A stretch of DNA of 64,000 bases from a virus. A program made the position numbers and the translations under genes. Position 1 is the first letter of the stretch, and each line of letters opens with the position of its first letter. Where the stretch lies: the IMG/VR virus record IMGVR_UViG_3300031656_000001; one strand, given 5' to 3'. Shown piece by piece: positions 28,598 through 38,128 of this stretch. The notes beneath the pieces are model-generated. The model was given only the letters and a program-made list of their open reading frames with translations. It had not been told where the DNA came from and did not search any database.

Positions 28598-30043
28598 TTA
28601 ATCTGATTCTGAGCCAATTATTGCAATCTGAGGTATACCATTGTAAAAATCAATAACCGATTCCGATACATCAAGAATGTCCGATACTGCGCGGTGCATG
28701 TGGTTTATCTGCTTACCATATTCGCCATCTTCTCTTAAATATATTATAATTGAATTTGGTGAAACTGAGCCCTTTCCAACATCAGTTGTTTCTGGATAGT
28801 TACCTCTACCTGAATATCTAGTAGAAATTACTTCGGCTTTAAGCATATCTTTCCAATATTCTTGGAATCGACCAGTTCTTAATGTAACTCTAATGAAATC
28901 ACGATGTTTCAATTCTAATGAAAGTTCTAGCTCCTCGCCTCCATTTGTCCATTCAGCACGAATCTGTTCCTTTAGGTTAGCATTAACACCTTTTAAAATT
29001 GCTGATTTTACCTTTTTTAAATCTGAAGGATTATTCATATAATCCATACTAGTTGGATTCTTATAATCTTCAACTTCTTCATTCCACAATGACTTTACTG
29101 TTTCTTTAATACCTGGAAATGGAAATTGTCTTTTTCCAATTTTTAACGACTTGATGTTAAAACGACTTCTTGTAGCCTCGTTTAAAGATTCTGTGAATTC
29201 TTTAAAGCTTTCAAATATAAAATTTGTTTTCATGTTATTGTTTTGTTTATTTTCTATTACTAATTTTGGATTCTTGTTTAAAAGCTCTTCCATATCTAAT
29301 TCGGTTAATGCCATAAAACTGTCTTCACCGTATTTTTTGGCTAATTTGTCAGCTCTCTTTATGTTTATTACTCTTGCAATCTCATCATATGATAATGTTG
29401 CTATTCCGAATTCTCCGAATATTTCTTCTGCATTTGCATTTGCTATTTTAAAAGCACTTGCCTTTTCATTAATATCTGGTGTATTTATAACCGGAGTTAA
29501 TTCGTTAAGTACTCTTTTACCTGTTTTAGAAAGTGTAATTCCATCTTCGCTTACATTTAAATAAGTAGAGTTTCTTCTCATCCATCTGCCAGAATCCGTA
29601 GTCATTTCTCTTAAAATCGTATTGAATTCTTCTTTGGTAATTTTACCATCTTTGATAGCTTCTAAAACTTTGTTTCTGATTTTAGCTGCTTTACCAACTT
29701 TAACTGCTGGGTGATTTTCAGTATACTTTCGTTTTACTGTGATGTGTCTTTCAGTTAATGACTCTTCTAATTTCTTAGCTGCTAATTTAGAATCTTTTTT
29801 AGAAACGTTATCTAAATAAGAACCTTCTCCCCAAAAAGAAATAACTGCCTTAGTATCTGCAGTAGAATGGAATCCAGAACCTGCTTTGTAAATTGCAATT
29901 TCTTGTAAACCTTTTTTGTTTTCTATAGCATCAGACATGAATGCTCTTGCATCTTTTTCTGATTTAAACTTTTTTGCAGCTCTTATCCCATCAGAATAAT
30001 GTACTTCGAAATTTTCATTTATGTGATTGTCAAATGTATCCAT
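28598..30043 (-). CDS. Multi-module protein with N-terminal and internal CTS-like tags (start revised to 30043)
   Basis: MDTFDNHINE; internal MKTNFIFESFKEFTESLNE (ATG 29233); late promoter-like site at 30063-30071. Confidence 0.6.
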   Translation of the reverse strand: MDTFDNHINENFEVHYSDGIRAAKKFKSEKDARAFMSDAIENKKGLQEIAIYKAGSGFHSTADTKAVISFWGEGSYLDNVSKKDSKLAAKKLEESLTERHITVKRKYTENHPAVKVGKAAKIRNKVLEAIKDGKITKEEFNTILREMTTDSGRWMRRNSTYLNVSEDGITLSKTGKRVLNELTPVINTPDINEKASAFKIANANAEEIFGEFGIATLSYDEIARVINIKRADKLAKKYGEDSFMALTELDMEELLNKNPKLVIENKQNNNMKTNFIFESFKEFTESLNEATRSRFNIKSLKIGKRQFPFPGIKETVKSLWNEEVEDYKNPTSMDYMNNPSDLKKVKSAILKGVNANLKEQIRAEWTNGGEELELSLELKHRDFIRVTLRTGRFQEYWKDMLKAEVISTRYSGRGNYPETTDVGKGSVSPNSIIIYLREDGEYGKQINHMHRAVSDILDVSESVIDFYNGIPQIAIIGSESD

Positions 30044-30062
30044 TTTTAATTTGTTTGTTTTA

Positions 30063-31910
30063 TTATATATTTTTGATAAATTCATCAAATGTCAAAGTGT
30101 CGTCTTCTGATTCTGTTACGACTCCCATGGACTCTTCTAATTTAGCTTTTAATTCTTTATACATGTTATGTATTGGTTTCGGTGTAAGCTTCTTAAACAA
30201 CTTCTCATCGTCATCTAACATTGCGTTTCTAACCTGTGTTGCTGAAATGTTTTTACCTGTTCTTGGTATTTCATATAATCCGAAATCAGGTCTAACGCCA
30301 AGATCTTCTCTATAAGAATCTTTATTTACTTGGAATCCATAAGTTTTCATTCTATCACTTCCAGTTCCCCATAATACTGGTTCGTATTTAGGTCTCATTG
30401 CATTAAACATGTGATCAATTCCGCCTGTCGGTATTACAAATACTTCTTCTATAGGATATTTGCTTTTTAGATTCTTAATCATTTCGACTTGTGTTTCTTC
30501 GTCGAATGGTCTCTTAAATGCATCTTCTGCTTTTTTAGTCTTAGACTTAACTAAGAATATTACAACAGGAAATCCATTCTGTTTGTGAATTGTTTCTATA
30601 ACTTTAATATGTCCTAATGTAAACGGTTGAAATCTACCAACAAACATGTTAACTGGTGTTTTACCTTGTTCTGGATAATTAACTGTCAATGCTTCTAATA
30701 TTGGAGTTTCTGTATACTGCAGTTTTTGATTAACTAAATATGATTTAAAGTTCATAACATCATTTTCATTGGTTTTCGCCATAACTGACGTTTCAATAGC
30801 ATCTACTATTGAATTGATCTGATTCATTAAATCTTTATTAATGATGTCAGTTTCTTTGTGTCTTGTTTTTCTAAAACTGCCTAAAGCAATTTTAAATAAT
30901 TCTGATAAGATTTCATTCTGAACTAATGATAAAGTCTTTTCATTTTTTATGAATACTTTATTAAGTTCAAAACCTTTCCTTTCTGAAAAATCTGCAGAGT
31001 TGAAATTAGTGCCGACATATTTTGTTGCGTTCTTTTCAACATACGCATTAAATATATTAGAGATTATTTCAATGTATCTTGAATCAGCCTCTTCTTCTTC
31101 TAACTTAATAGCAGTAATGTCAAACGCAGTAATAAATTCTACCAAATCCAAAATTGAAAGTTGGTACATATCAGATGGTTTTCTTGCTTCTTGTGGCTTT
31201 CTATCAAATCTCTCCAATTTAAAGCTTTTCATGCCTTTACCATCAGAGAAATTAATTATTAAACCATCAATGTCATTATCTAATGAATGATTTAACGCTG
31301 GAGTATTAAGTCCATTGTTGAATATGTTGTATATTGTTCTTGTAAAAGATTGTGATCCGTATTTGATTTCAAAATCTTTATCTGATATTTCTAGAAGATT
31401 AAGTAGATCATCCTTTTGATTAGATTGTAGTTTACCTTGGAATATAACAGGAGGTCTTTGTGCTCCTAATAGATCTGCCCATTTATTTAAAATAACAGGA
31501 TCTCTAATAACCTTTTTGACTTGTGTTAAATCATTTGGTTTTAATATTTGAATATGTGTTAATATTAAATGATTTTTGGGTAAAGCATCGTATTCAATAT
31601 CTACCGTTTTATTATCTAACATATAATCAAATCCAAACTTCCAATCCAATGGCATATCTTCAGTCAATTCTGTTAATATAGTATTGAAATACTTAATACC
31701 ACTTTCATAGTATTTAATCATCGTCCTGTCTACTCTGTCCATTGCATGTTTTGAACCACTTTTGAAGTATTCAAACCCTGTTTTAGTTCTTTTAACATGG
31801 AAAGATGACGCTTGTATCTTTTCTGATACGACACATGGAATATCTAACATTGACACGAAGTCATTGATGTTAGATGATTGATAATACGTTCTTAAGTTTT
31901 GTAAAGCCAT
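30063..31910 (-). CDS. Fusion of degenerate ligase-fold domain and HIGH-family (cytidylyltransferase/NMNAT-like) nucleotidyltransferase
   Basis: N-half EKIQAS, DGLII, SFKL; C-half GRFQPFTLGH, GSDR, ISATQVR. Confidence 0.7.
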   Translation of the reverse strand: MALQNLRTYYQSSNINDFVSMLDIPCVVSEKIQASSFHVKRTKTGFEYFKSGSKHAMDRVDRTMIKYYESGIKYFNTILTELTEDMPLDWKFGFDYMLDNKTVDIEYDALPKNHLILTHIQILKPNDLTQVKKVIRDPVILNKWADLLGAQRPPVIFQGKLQSNQKDDLLNLLEISDKDFEIKYGSQSFTRTIYNIFNNGLNTPALNHSLDNDIDGLIINFSDGKGMKSFKLERFDRKPQEARKPSDMYQLSILDLVEFITAFDITAIKLEEEEADSRYIEIISNIFNAYVEKNATKYVGTNFNSADFSERKGFELNKVFIKNEKTLSLVQNEILSELFKIALGSFRKTRHKETDIINKDLMNQINSIVDAIETSVMAKTNENDVMNFKSYLVNQKLQYTETPILEALTVNYPEQGKTPVNMFVGRFQPFTLGHIKVIETIHKQNGFPVVIFLVKSKTKKAEDAFKRPFDEETQVEMIKNLKSKYPIEEVFVIPTGGIDHMFNAMRPKYEPVLWGTGSDRMKTYGFQVNKDSYREDLGVRPDFGLYEIPRTGKNISATQVRNAMLDDDEKLFKKLTPKPIHNMYKELKAKLEESMGVVTESEDDTLTFDEFIKNI

Positions 31911-31957
31911 AGTGTTTTTTGTATTCAGTATTTAATAATCTAGATTATGTATCTTAA

Positions 31958-33241
31958 TTATCTACCGTATTTTATAATACCCATTAGCTGATTTATCGCA
32001 GCATATGTTCCTGTAAGTTTCATTGTTTTACCTTTATATATGAAAACAATACCTTCAGTTGGTATAATAGATTCAATACCTCCGATTCGTTCAAGTCTTT
32101 CAAGTTCTGAAACAACTTTCTCTATTTGTTTAATATCTCCACCCTTTTTAACCTTGTCAGCCTCTGTTCTAATTTGAGTATGTAACCTTTGCATTTCATC
32201 ACTTGGATTTGCAGCAACAAAGTTACTTACATTTTTAAGAATAACACTTCCAAGTTCTAAGAATAAATCCTCGAAAGGTCTAATGTTTTCTTTGTATTTC
32301 TTTTTAACATCTTCCTTGTCAAATTTCTTAATGGCTGCTGCTTTATCTTTTCCAAGATCTTTATCAAGAGATCTTAAATTAAGCGTCTTTTTATCACCAT
32401 ATGCCCATCTTAATAATAGACCTTCTTTTTGATCTTGCGATATATCTGGGAAATTAGATTCTATTTGATCTCTCCACCACATTTCGTGATATCTAGAAAC
32501 TTCATCAGCATCTGTTAATTTATATACAGCTTTTAAGTCTTCTACTTTTTTGATGAATTTATCTTTGTTCTTTTCAAAATCAATATCCTTTCCTATCTTA
32601 ACGATTTGGGGTGGAATTACAGTAAATGTATTACCAACATCTGCCTTAACTTTTTGTAGAGCTTTAGCAATTGAAGATGCATATTTGTTATCGTCACCGA
32701 TTATATTACCTTCACCGTCAGTGTGCTTAATTCCATGAAATTGGATTATATCGCGATCATAGTAAATTACATTAGGGTTCTTAGAGTAAATCAATTCCAT
32801 ATTCATGAAACTCTTACCGTTGTTAAACACTTCTAAATCTTTACTTGGTAATTTTATCAATGCTTGTGCTAAATCTTCAGCAGCAAATTGAAATGTATCT
32901 TGTACTAATGGACTAGGATGTCCTTCAAACTTCTGTTTAAAATCTGCTAACGACATTGGAGATTTCATATCACCTTTGTTTCTTGCAAATTTAGCTTCTC
33001 CGTCTTGTACTGTAGCGAATACATTTTGACCATCCGTTTTTTCTGTAGGCTCTTCATCGAATGTTAAATTACCAGAAAGTCCTGCACTTATGATCTCTTT
33101 AAAGTCTCCAAATGTTAAATCTCTTTCATCGAAAGGATGCGACATGTGTCCTGCTGCACCGCCTTCAACAATTAAGTCGTCTAATATAGATACGTTTACT
33201 TTTTCAACTAGAAATTGTTGATATGATAGAAATTGTTTCAT
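31958..33241 (-). CDS. ATP-dependent ligase/capping-fold nucleotidyltransferase (RNA-ligase-like) with CTS-like leader
   Basis: Motif I EKTDG, ARNK, motif III-like NMELI, IV EGIVF, V MKL; leader MKQFLSYQQFLVE. Confidence 0.65.
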   Translation of the reverse strand: MKQFLSYQQFLVEKVNVSILDDLIVEGGAAGHMSHPFDERDLTFGDFKEIISAGLSGNLTFDEEPTEKTDGQNVFATVQDGEAKFARNKGDMKSPMSLADFKQKFEGHPSPLVQDTFQFAAEDLAQALIKLPSKDLEVFNNGKSFMNMELIYSKNPNVIYYDRDIIQFHGIKHTDGEGNIIGDDNKYASSIAKALQKVKADVGNTFTVIPPQIVKIGKDIDFEKNKDKFIKKVEDLKAVYKLTDADEVSRYHEMWWRDQIESNFPDISQDQKEGLLLRWAYGDKKTLNLRSLDKDLGKDKAAAIKKFDKEDVKKKYKENIRPFEDLFLELGSVILKNVSNFVAANPSDEMQRLHTQIRTEADKVKKGGDIKQIEKVVSELERLERIGGIESIIPTEGIVFIYKGKTMKLTGTYAAINQLMGIIKYGR

Positions 33242-33260
33242 TGTTTTGAGTTTTATTATT

Positions 33261-34847
33261 TTAACCTAATGAGTTTGTTAAGATTCCAACTGCTGTTCCG
33301 TAATCTCCATCAGATTTAGCTAAAATGCCATCAATTACCTTTTGTGCCTTTGCTTCGTCAAATTCTTCACCGAATGCTTTTTTCAATACAGTAGTTGCAT
33401 ATTCTTGAAAGTCTTCAATTGAAGAAACTTCAGCTTCAGTAATTTCTGCTTCCGATAATGAATTTCTTAAACCACAGTGTTCACATTCTACTGTTCCGTC
33501 TTTGTCTATTTCTTTATATGAATGTCCTTTTTTATTTGAACACTTAATATCTTCATTGACTTTAGATTCTTCGATGTATTCTGCCAAGTCAGCGTCATCC
33601 CATCCATATTCGTCATCTGCGAGTACTGCTGTTATATCTTTTCTTTTTCCTGTAAGTTCAACTTCTGGATGACCAGATGGTCCGTTCATATCCAATATTT
33701 CCATTGTAACTTTATTCTTCTTTAGTAATTTTGCAAGTCCTTTAGATTTAGGATCAATTGCATCCATTACTGCAGTTGCTTCGCATATATTTTCATTACC
33801 TTCAAATGCCATATTAAATGCATTTAATAATGATTGACCTGCTGCTTCTTCTTTCATGCTCTCTAAATAAAGTGCTGTACCTTCTACAATACTAATACCT
33901 GCCCAACTTGCTGCATTTGCAAGATCTGAATAATATTGATCTAATACTCTCTTAGTTGTTGTTGCACCAATCTTAACGAAATAATTACCTAAGCCTGACA
34001 TTTTAATTTCAAAGCTTTTAATTGATCCTTTAATGTTTTTAGAAATCTTGAAACCTTCTCTTGAAAAGTTTGCGTCTTCCATTGCCATTTCAAATAAGTA
34101 TTTAATACAACCTAATTTACCTTCTTTAGACATTGCACCTAAATCAGTTAATTTCTTAGCGAATAAATTATTATAAACAGTAGCTACTTTTTTAGCGTCT
34201 CTTTTATATTCTACTTTAATTGCTTCATTTACTGAAGCTGAAAGTGATTCGAATGCAGGATATACGTCATCGTGACCTTTACCGTAAAGATCTGCCATTA
34301 ACCATTCTTTATTACCTTCATCCCATAAATAAACAAATTCTGCTCCACCTTTATCATTTGCATCTCTTAGATATTTAGAAATATTAGATATGCTTCCTGT
34401 AGATGGTTTACTATTATCTCCATAGAAATTCATTTTATTCATAGCATCTAAACCAGAACTATCTCCTCTTTTAATTACATCGTCAACGTTTTTACCGTTT
34501 TTGTAATCTTTTTGAAGAAGTGGTAAAATGTTTTCTGGATATGAATCATAATGAGTATAAACTGAAGTGATATTACCTTTTTTGTCAATTTTACCAAACT
34601 GACCTCTTGTACCTTCTTCAATAAGTGAAAGTGCTTCATTAACTTCTGAATCCCTTAGCTTGATGAAAAAATCAGATCTTTGATCTTCTGTTAATTCTTT
34701 TACAGATGTAACTTTGAATTCAGATAATAAATTCTTGTAAGTTTCTGCTTCGTTTGATCTTTTTGTAGAAGCGTCTTCTTCTACTGTTCTAGCATTTGAA
34801 ATCTTTGCCTCTGTGGCATATTGTTCAAAAGATTTTAATTTTTGCAT
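33261..34847 (-). CDS. Multi-module putative polyprotein with CTS-like leader (start revised to 34847)
   Basis: MQKLKSFEQYATE; at least five modules separated by VNE/IEE/ICE/ITE; late promoter at 34885-34893. Confidence 0.6.
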   Translation of the reverse strand: MQKLKSFEQYATEAKISNARTVEEDASTKRSNEAETYKNLLSEFKVTSVKELTEDQRSDFFIKLRDSEVNEALSLIEEGTRGQFGKIDKKGNITSVYTHYDSYPENILPLLQKDYKNGKNVDDVIKRGDSSGLDAMNKMNFYGDNSKPSTGSISNISKYLRDANDKGGAEFVYLWDEGNKEWLMADLYGKGHDDVYPAFESLSASVNEAIKVEYKRDAKKVATVYNNLFAKKLTDLGAMSKEGKLGCIKYLFEMAMEDANFSREGFKISKNIKGSIKSFEIKMSGLGNYFVKIGATTTKRVLDQYYSDLANAASWAGISIVEGTALYLESMKEEAAGQSLLNAFNMAFEGNENICEATAVMDAIDPKSKGLAKLLKKNKVTMEILDMNGPSGHPEVELTGKRKDITAVLADDEYGWDDADLAEYIEESKVNEDIKCSNKKGHSYKEIDKDGTVECEHCGLRNSLSEAEITEAEVSSIEDFQEYATTVLKKAFGEEFDEAKAQKVIDGILAKSDGDYGTAVGILTNSLG

Positions 34848-34884
34848 AATATTATTTTTATTTTTGTATGTAGTTATTATTTTA

Positions 34885-36393
34885 TTATATATCTCCTTCA
34901 AAATCCACATTTTTTATATCGTACTGGAACTTCTGTTCCCTGTAGATTCGTTGTCTTTCTTTAGAATGTCTCATTAGATAATTATCCCAATCAGGTGAGC
35001 TTAGATCATCTACGAAATCAATGATGTTTACAAAGTCTTTTGATGAGTGTTGTCTTAATCCACGACCAATTGATTGTCTAATTACAACTTCTGATTTAAA
35101 TGATTCTGTAAAGAATATGTTGTGTATTTTGTTAATAGAAATACCTGTTGAGAAAGTTCCATAAGATGCAACAATAACAACCTCTTCACCTGCTTCCATT
35201 TTCTTTTTGTGTTCTTCTCTAACATCTTTGTCAATTCCACCATCAACATAATATACAGTCTTATTACTTTCTTGACGTAACTTTTCGTATATCTTTTTAC
35301 CATGTTCAATTCGATGGAATAAAACTAAACCATTACCTTTTACTTTAGAAATGATATTAGTTATGAAATTAAGACGTCCTGGTGAGTTAATCACATAGTT
35401 TTGCTCAAACTTATATACATCTTTTGATTCATATCTATTCTGTGACATTTCTCTGAACGCATCCTTAGTTGACTGTGGTGCATAATCCATTTTTATAACC
35501 TTTACTTTACAATGAGCAATATACCCTTCATTTTGTAAATAGTTTGCACTGATCTCTGTAATCAAAGGGCCAGTATATGCCATTAATGTCAGTCTGTCTA
35601 ATGTACCTTCTTTTGGTATTGTACCTGACAATCCAAATTTGTAATCAGCGTTAAGACATTTTTGTAAGATTGTTTTAATTGAAGCAGATTTTGCTTTATG
35701 TGTCTCATCTACAATAACTGCATCGAATTCTGCAAAGTATGCTTTATCCTTTTTGACAAGTGATTGATATGTACCAATAATAACGTTTCTACCTGGTCTT
35801 AATTTTTGGCCACTATAAATTTGTTGTACTTTAATATCTATAGCATTTCTATAATTATAATCTAAGAAATCTTCACTGGCTTGTAATACCAATGAAACAT
35901 TAGGTACTATAAAAAGTATTTTCTTTGCTTTTTCGTGTTCTAATAAGTATGCTACGGTTAGGAATGATATAAGTGTTTTACCGGCAGAAGTCGCCAATTC
36001 ACTTAAACATCTTTTGAATTTTAATATATTGAAGGCTGCTTCTAATTGATAATCTCTCGGTTTGATTTCCGATTTATCAAAGAATGCTAAAGCCCATTCG
36101 TTAAATCTTTCTTGATTAATACCAGTATCAAATATCTCTGCAATACCATTAAGTTTAAACTCAAACTTATAGTCCTTGCATATACCCATGACTTCTCTCC
36201 ATAAACCAGCAGGAATCCACTTATCATCTTTAATATATGATACGTATCCATCCCATAGTCCCTTTTTAACCAGAGGGTTAAATCGCCATGACTCAATTCT
36301 TTTATTCAAAGATATATTGAGTTGTTCTAATTCTAGTTCAGTTGCGTCGTCAATACGAAGCAGCTGCTTGTTTTCAGTTAAACTAAGCTCCAC
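34885..36393 (-). CDS. uvsW: SF2 DNA helicase UvsW
   Basis: WDG, PRDYQ, ATSAGKT, DETH, GLSGT, QSIGRGLR. Confidence 0.95.
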   Translation of the reverse strand: MELSLTENKQLLRIDDATELELEQLNISLNKRIESWRFNPLVKKGLWDGYVSYIKDDKWIPAGLWREVMGICKDYKFEFKLNGIAEIFDTGINQERFNEWALAFFDKSEIKPRDYQLEAAFNILKFKRCLSELATSAGKTLISFLTVAYLLEHEKAKKILFIVPNVSLVLQASEDFLDYNYRNAIDIKVQQIYSGQKLRPGRNVIIGTYQSLVKKDKAYFAEFDAVIVDETHKAKSASIKTILQKCLNADYKFGLSGTIPKEGTLDRLTLMAYTGPLITEISANYLQNEGYIAHCKVKVIKMDYAPQSTKDAFREMSQNRYESKDVYKFEQNYVINSPGRLNFITNIISKVKGNGLVLFHRIEHGKKIYEKLRQESNKTVYYVDGGIDKDVREEHKKKMEAGEEVVIVASYGTFSTGISINKIHNIFFTESFKSEVVIRQSIGRGLRQHSSKDFVNIIDFVDDLSSPDWDNYLMRHSKERQRIYREQKFQYDIKNVDFEGDI

Positions 36394-36418
36394 ATTGTAA
36401 GAGCATTTTTATTTATCG

Positions 36419-36841
36419 TTATAGATCCTTCAATGAAAGTCTATTGCGAATGGCAAATCCCATATTATCTAGGGTTTTTACCGAGTCTCTAAAAAATTCT
36501 ACTTGATTTTCTAAATGAGACAATATCATGTTTTCAGTGGCTAAGTCAGTTTCAATAAACTTTTCTTTCTGCTTTTCACCAAGCTTGTAATCGTACTCGT
36601 AATATCTGATATATGCTTCTCTATATCTAATGGCTATTTTAGCCTTTTGTTCCTTAACTTTCATATTTATATATGACATCTGTTCGACAAGCGATTGTCT
36701 AGACGAAAGCACTTCAGCAATGGTTACCTCTAATTCGTTTATGTTTCTTAAACTTTGAGCTAATCCTTTGATAATTCTAGTCCATTCGGTTCTTTGACCG
36801 CTCAGCTTCCTATCTAATGCTAATATGTTTTCTTTGCTCAT
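36419..36841 (-). CDS. uvsY: Recombination mediator UvsY-like
   Basis: 140-aa helical protein, YY, F.IRN C-terminal pattern, adjacent to uvsW. Confidence 0.65.
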   Translation of the reverse strand: MSKENILALDRKLSGQRTEWTRIIKGLAQSLRNINELEVTIAEVLSSRQSLVEQMSYINMKVKEQKAKIAIRYREAYIRYYEYDYKLGEKQKEKFIETDLATENMILSHLENQVEFFRDSVKTLDNMGFAIRNRLSLKDL

Positions 36842-36842
36842 A

Positions 36843-37064
36843 TTAAAATAATGATTTCTTGTTGGGGTTAGGTTTTATAAATGTTGAAGTAATATGCCTC
36901 TTCTTAAATTTAGGTTTTGGAAATGCAATTTCTGGGGCATTGACGCTAAGATCTAATGACTGAAAATCTATCATGAGTTTCATGCCTTTAAATCTGTCAC
37001 TGTCCTTTTGAAATTCATCAAAACTGTCTTCAACCATGTTGTTAATATCTATTAAACGTACCAT
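36843..37064 (-). CDS. Hypothetical protein
   Basis: 73-aa ORF packed between primase and uvsY. Confidence 0.55.
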   Translation of the reverse strand: MVRLIDINNMVEDSFDEFQKDSDRFKGMKLMIDFQSLDLSVNAPEIAFPKPKFKKRHITSTFIKPNPNKKSLF

Positions 37065-38128
37065 AAATCTAATTGACTTGAAGTGAAATATTGATCGATC
37101 TTTTTATGAGCATCGATTTTAAGCTCAAAGCATTTCTTCATTAAGTCGTTTAGATCTTTAATATTATATATATCTAACTTACTGTCCTTAAGGAATTTAG
37201 CCCACATGAATACAGGTCTGCCTTTTTTAAGCTTCTCTGCCATTTTCTTTTTACCAGTTATATCATTGTCAAACATATATCTGACAGTTGGTATTTCATC
37301 AAAATCATCAGTTGATCTTCCGGCAGTTGCAAGCGCTAATGAATTATTCATGAACTTTGCATCTAATGGTCCTTCAAATAATGTAACAGGCCGTTGGAAA
37401 TTTAATTGCATAATACCAAACAATGTTGAAATCTTCGTAAGAGTATTTAACTCTTCATTAGTCATTTCAAGCGGTGCTCCCATTTCTTCATAGAGTTTAG
37501 GTAAATCATATGTCAAATATCTCTGGCCATATCCTTTCATCCTACGCGTCTGTGCACCTATTATTTTGTTATCTTTACTAAAGTTTAAAATCCACAATCT
37601 GTGTTCTTTTTCTGAATATAAGAAGTCGTCAAGTCTATTGTGTAATAATCTATCTTTCAATTGAAACCATATCCAATCACCTGGAACTATTGATTTTGCT
37701 CTGAATTTTACTTTAAACGTATCAATGTCTATTGCTAATTCATGAACCTTTTCTAGTGCTTGGTGCTTTAATACAGACTCAGGGTTGACTTGTATCTTGT
37801 TTTGCTTTATGTAATCTATGATCAAGAAAGATGCATCAGATGTGTCCATCTTAACATCATGATCTTTTAAAAATGTATAAACATTTGTATGATGACTACA
37901 ATTGTAACAATGATACTGTAGAGTATCCCAGAATATATTGCCTCTTTTCTTAGTGTCATCCGAATAAGAATCACCACAATAAGGACATGCACAGGTTATA
38001 CGCCCATGCATGTCTTTAAGTAGTTTCTTATTAGGTTCAGGATGTACTTGAGATACTACTTGTTTAAGTGCGTATCTTATTTTATCCTTTAACTCTTCAG
38101 TAAGTTCTATATTAGATATCAAGGTCAT
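37052..38128 (-). CDS. DNA primase, T4 gp61-like
   Basis: Zn finger CPYCGDS...HCYNC, TOPRIM EGPLD, FDND, KDLND. Confidence 0.93.
   Translation of the reverse strand: MTLISNIELTEELKDKIRYALKQVVSQVHPEPNKKLLKDMHGRITCACPYCGDSYSDDTKKRGNIFWDTLQYHCYNCSHHTNVYTFLKDHDVKMDTSDASFLIIDYIKQNKIQVNPESVLKHQALEKVHELAIDIDTFKVKFRAKSIVPGDWIWFQLKDRLLHNRLDDFLYSEKEHRLWILNFSKDNKIIGAQTRRMKGYGQRYLTYDLPKLYEEMGAPLEMTNEELNTLTKISTLFGIMQLNFQRPVTLFEGPLDAKFMNNSLALATAGRSTDDFDEIPTVRYMFDNDITGKKKMAEKLKKGRPVFMWAKFLKDSKLDIYNIKDLNDLMKKCFELKIDAHKKIDQYFTSSQLDLWYV

Noticed and set aside
26474-34910. ORF-track starts at 26534, 30088 and 34910 (also 8303)
   Set aside because: They overlap upstream genes or promoter motifs; downstream ATGs with A-rich leaders (and tag sequences for the first three) are better starts.
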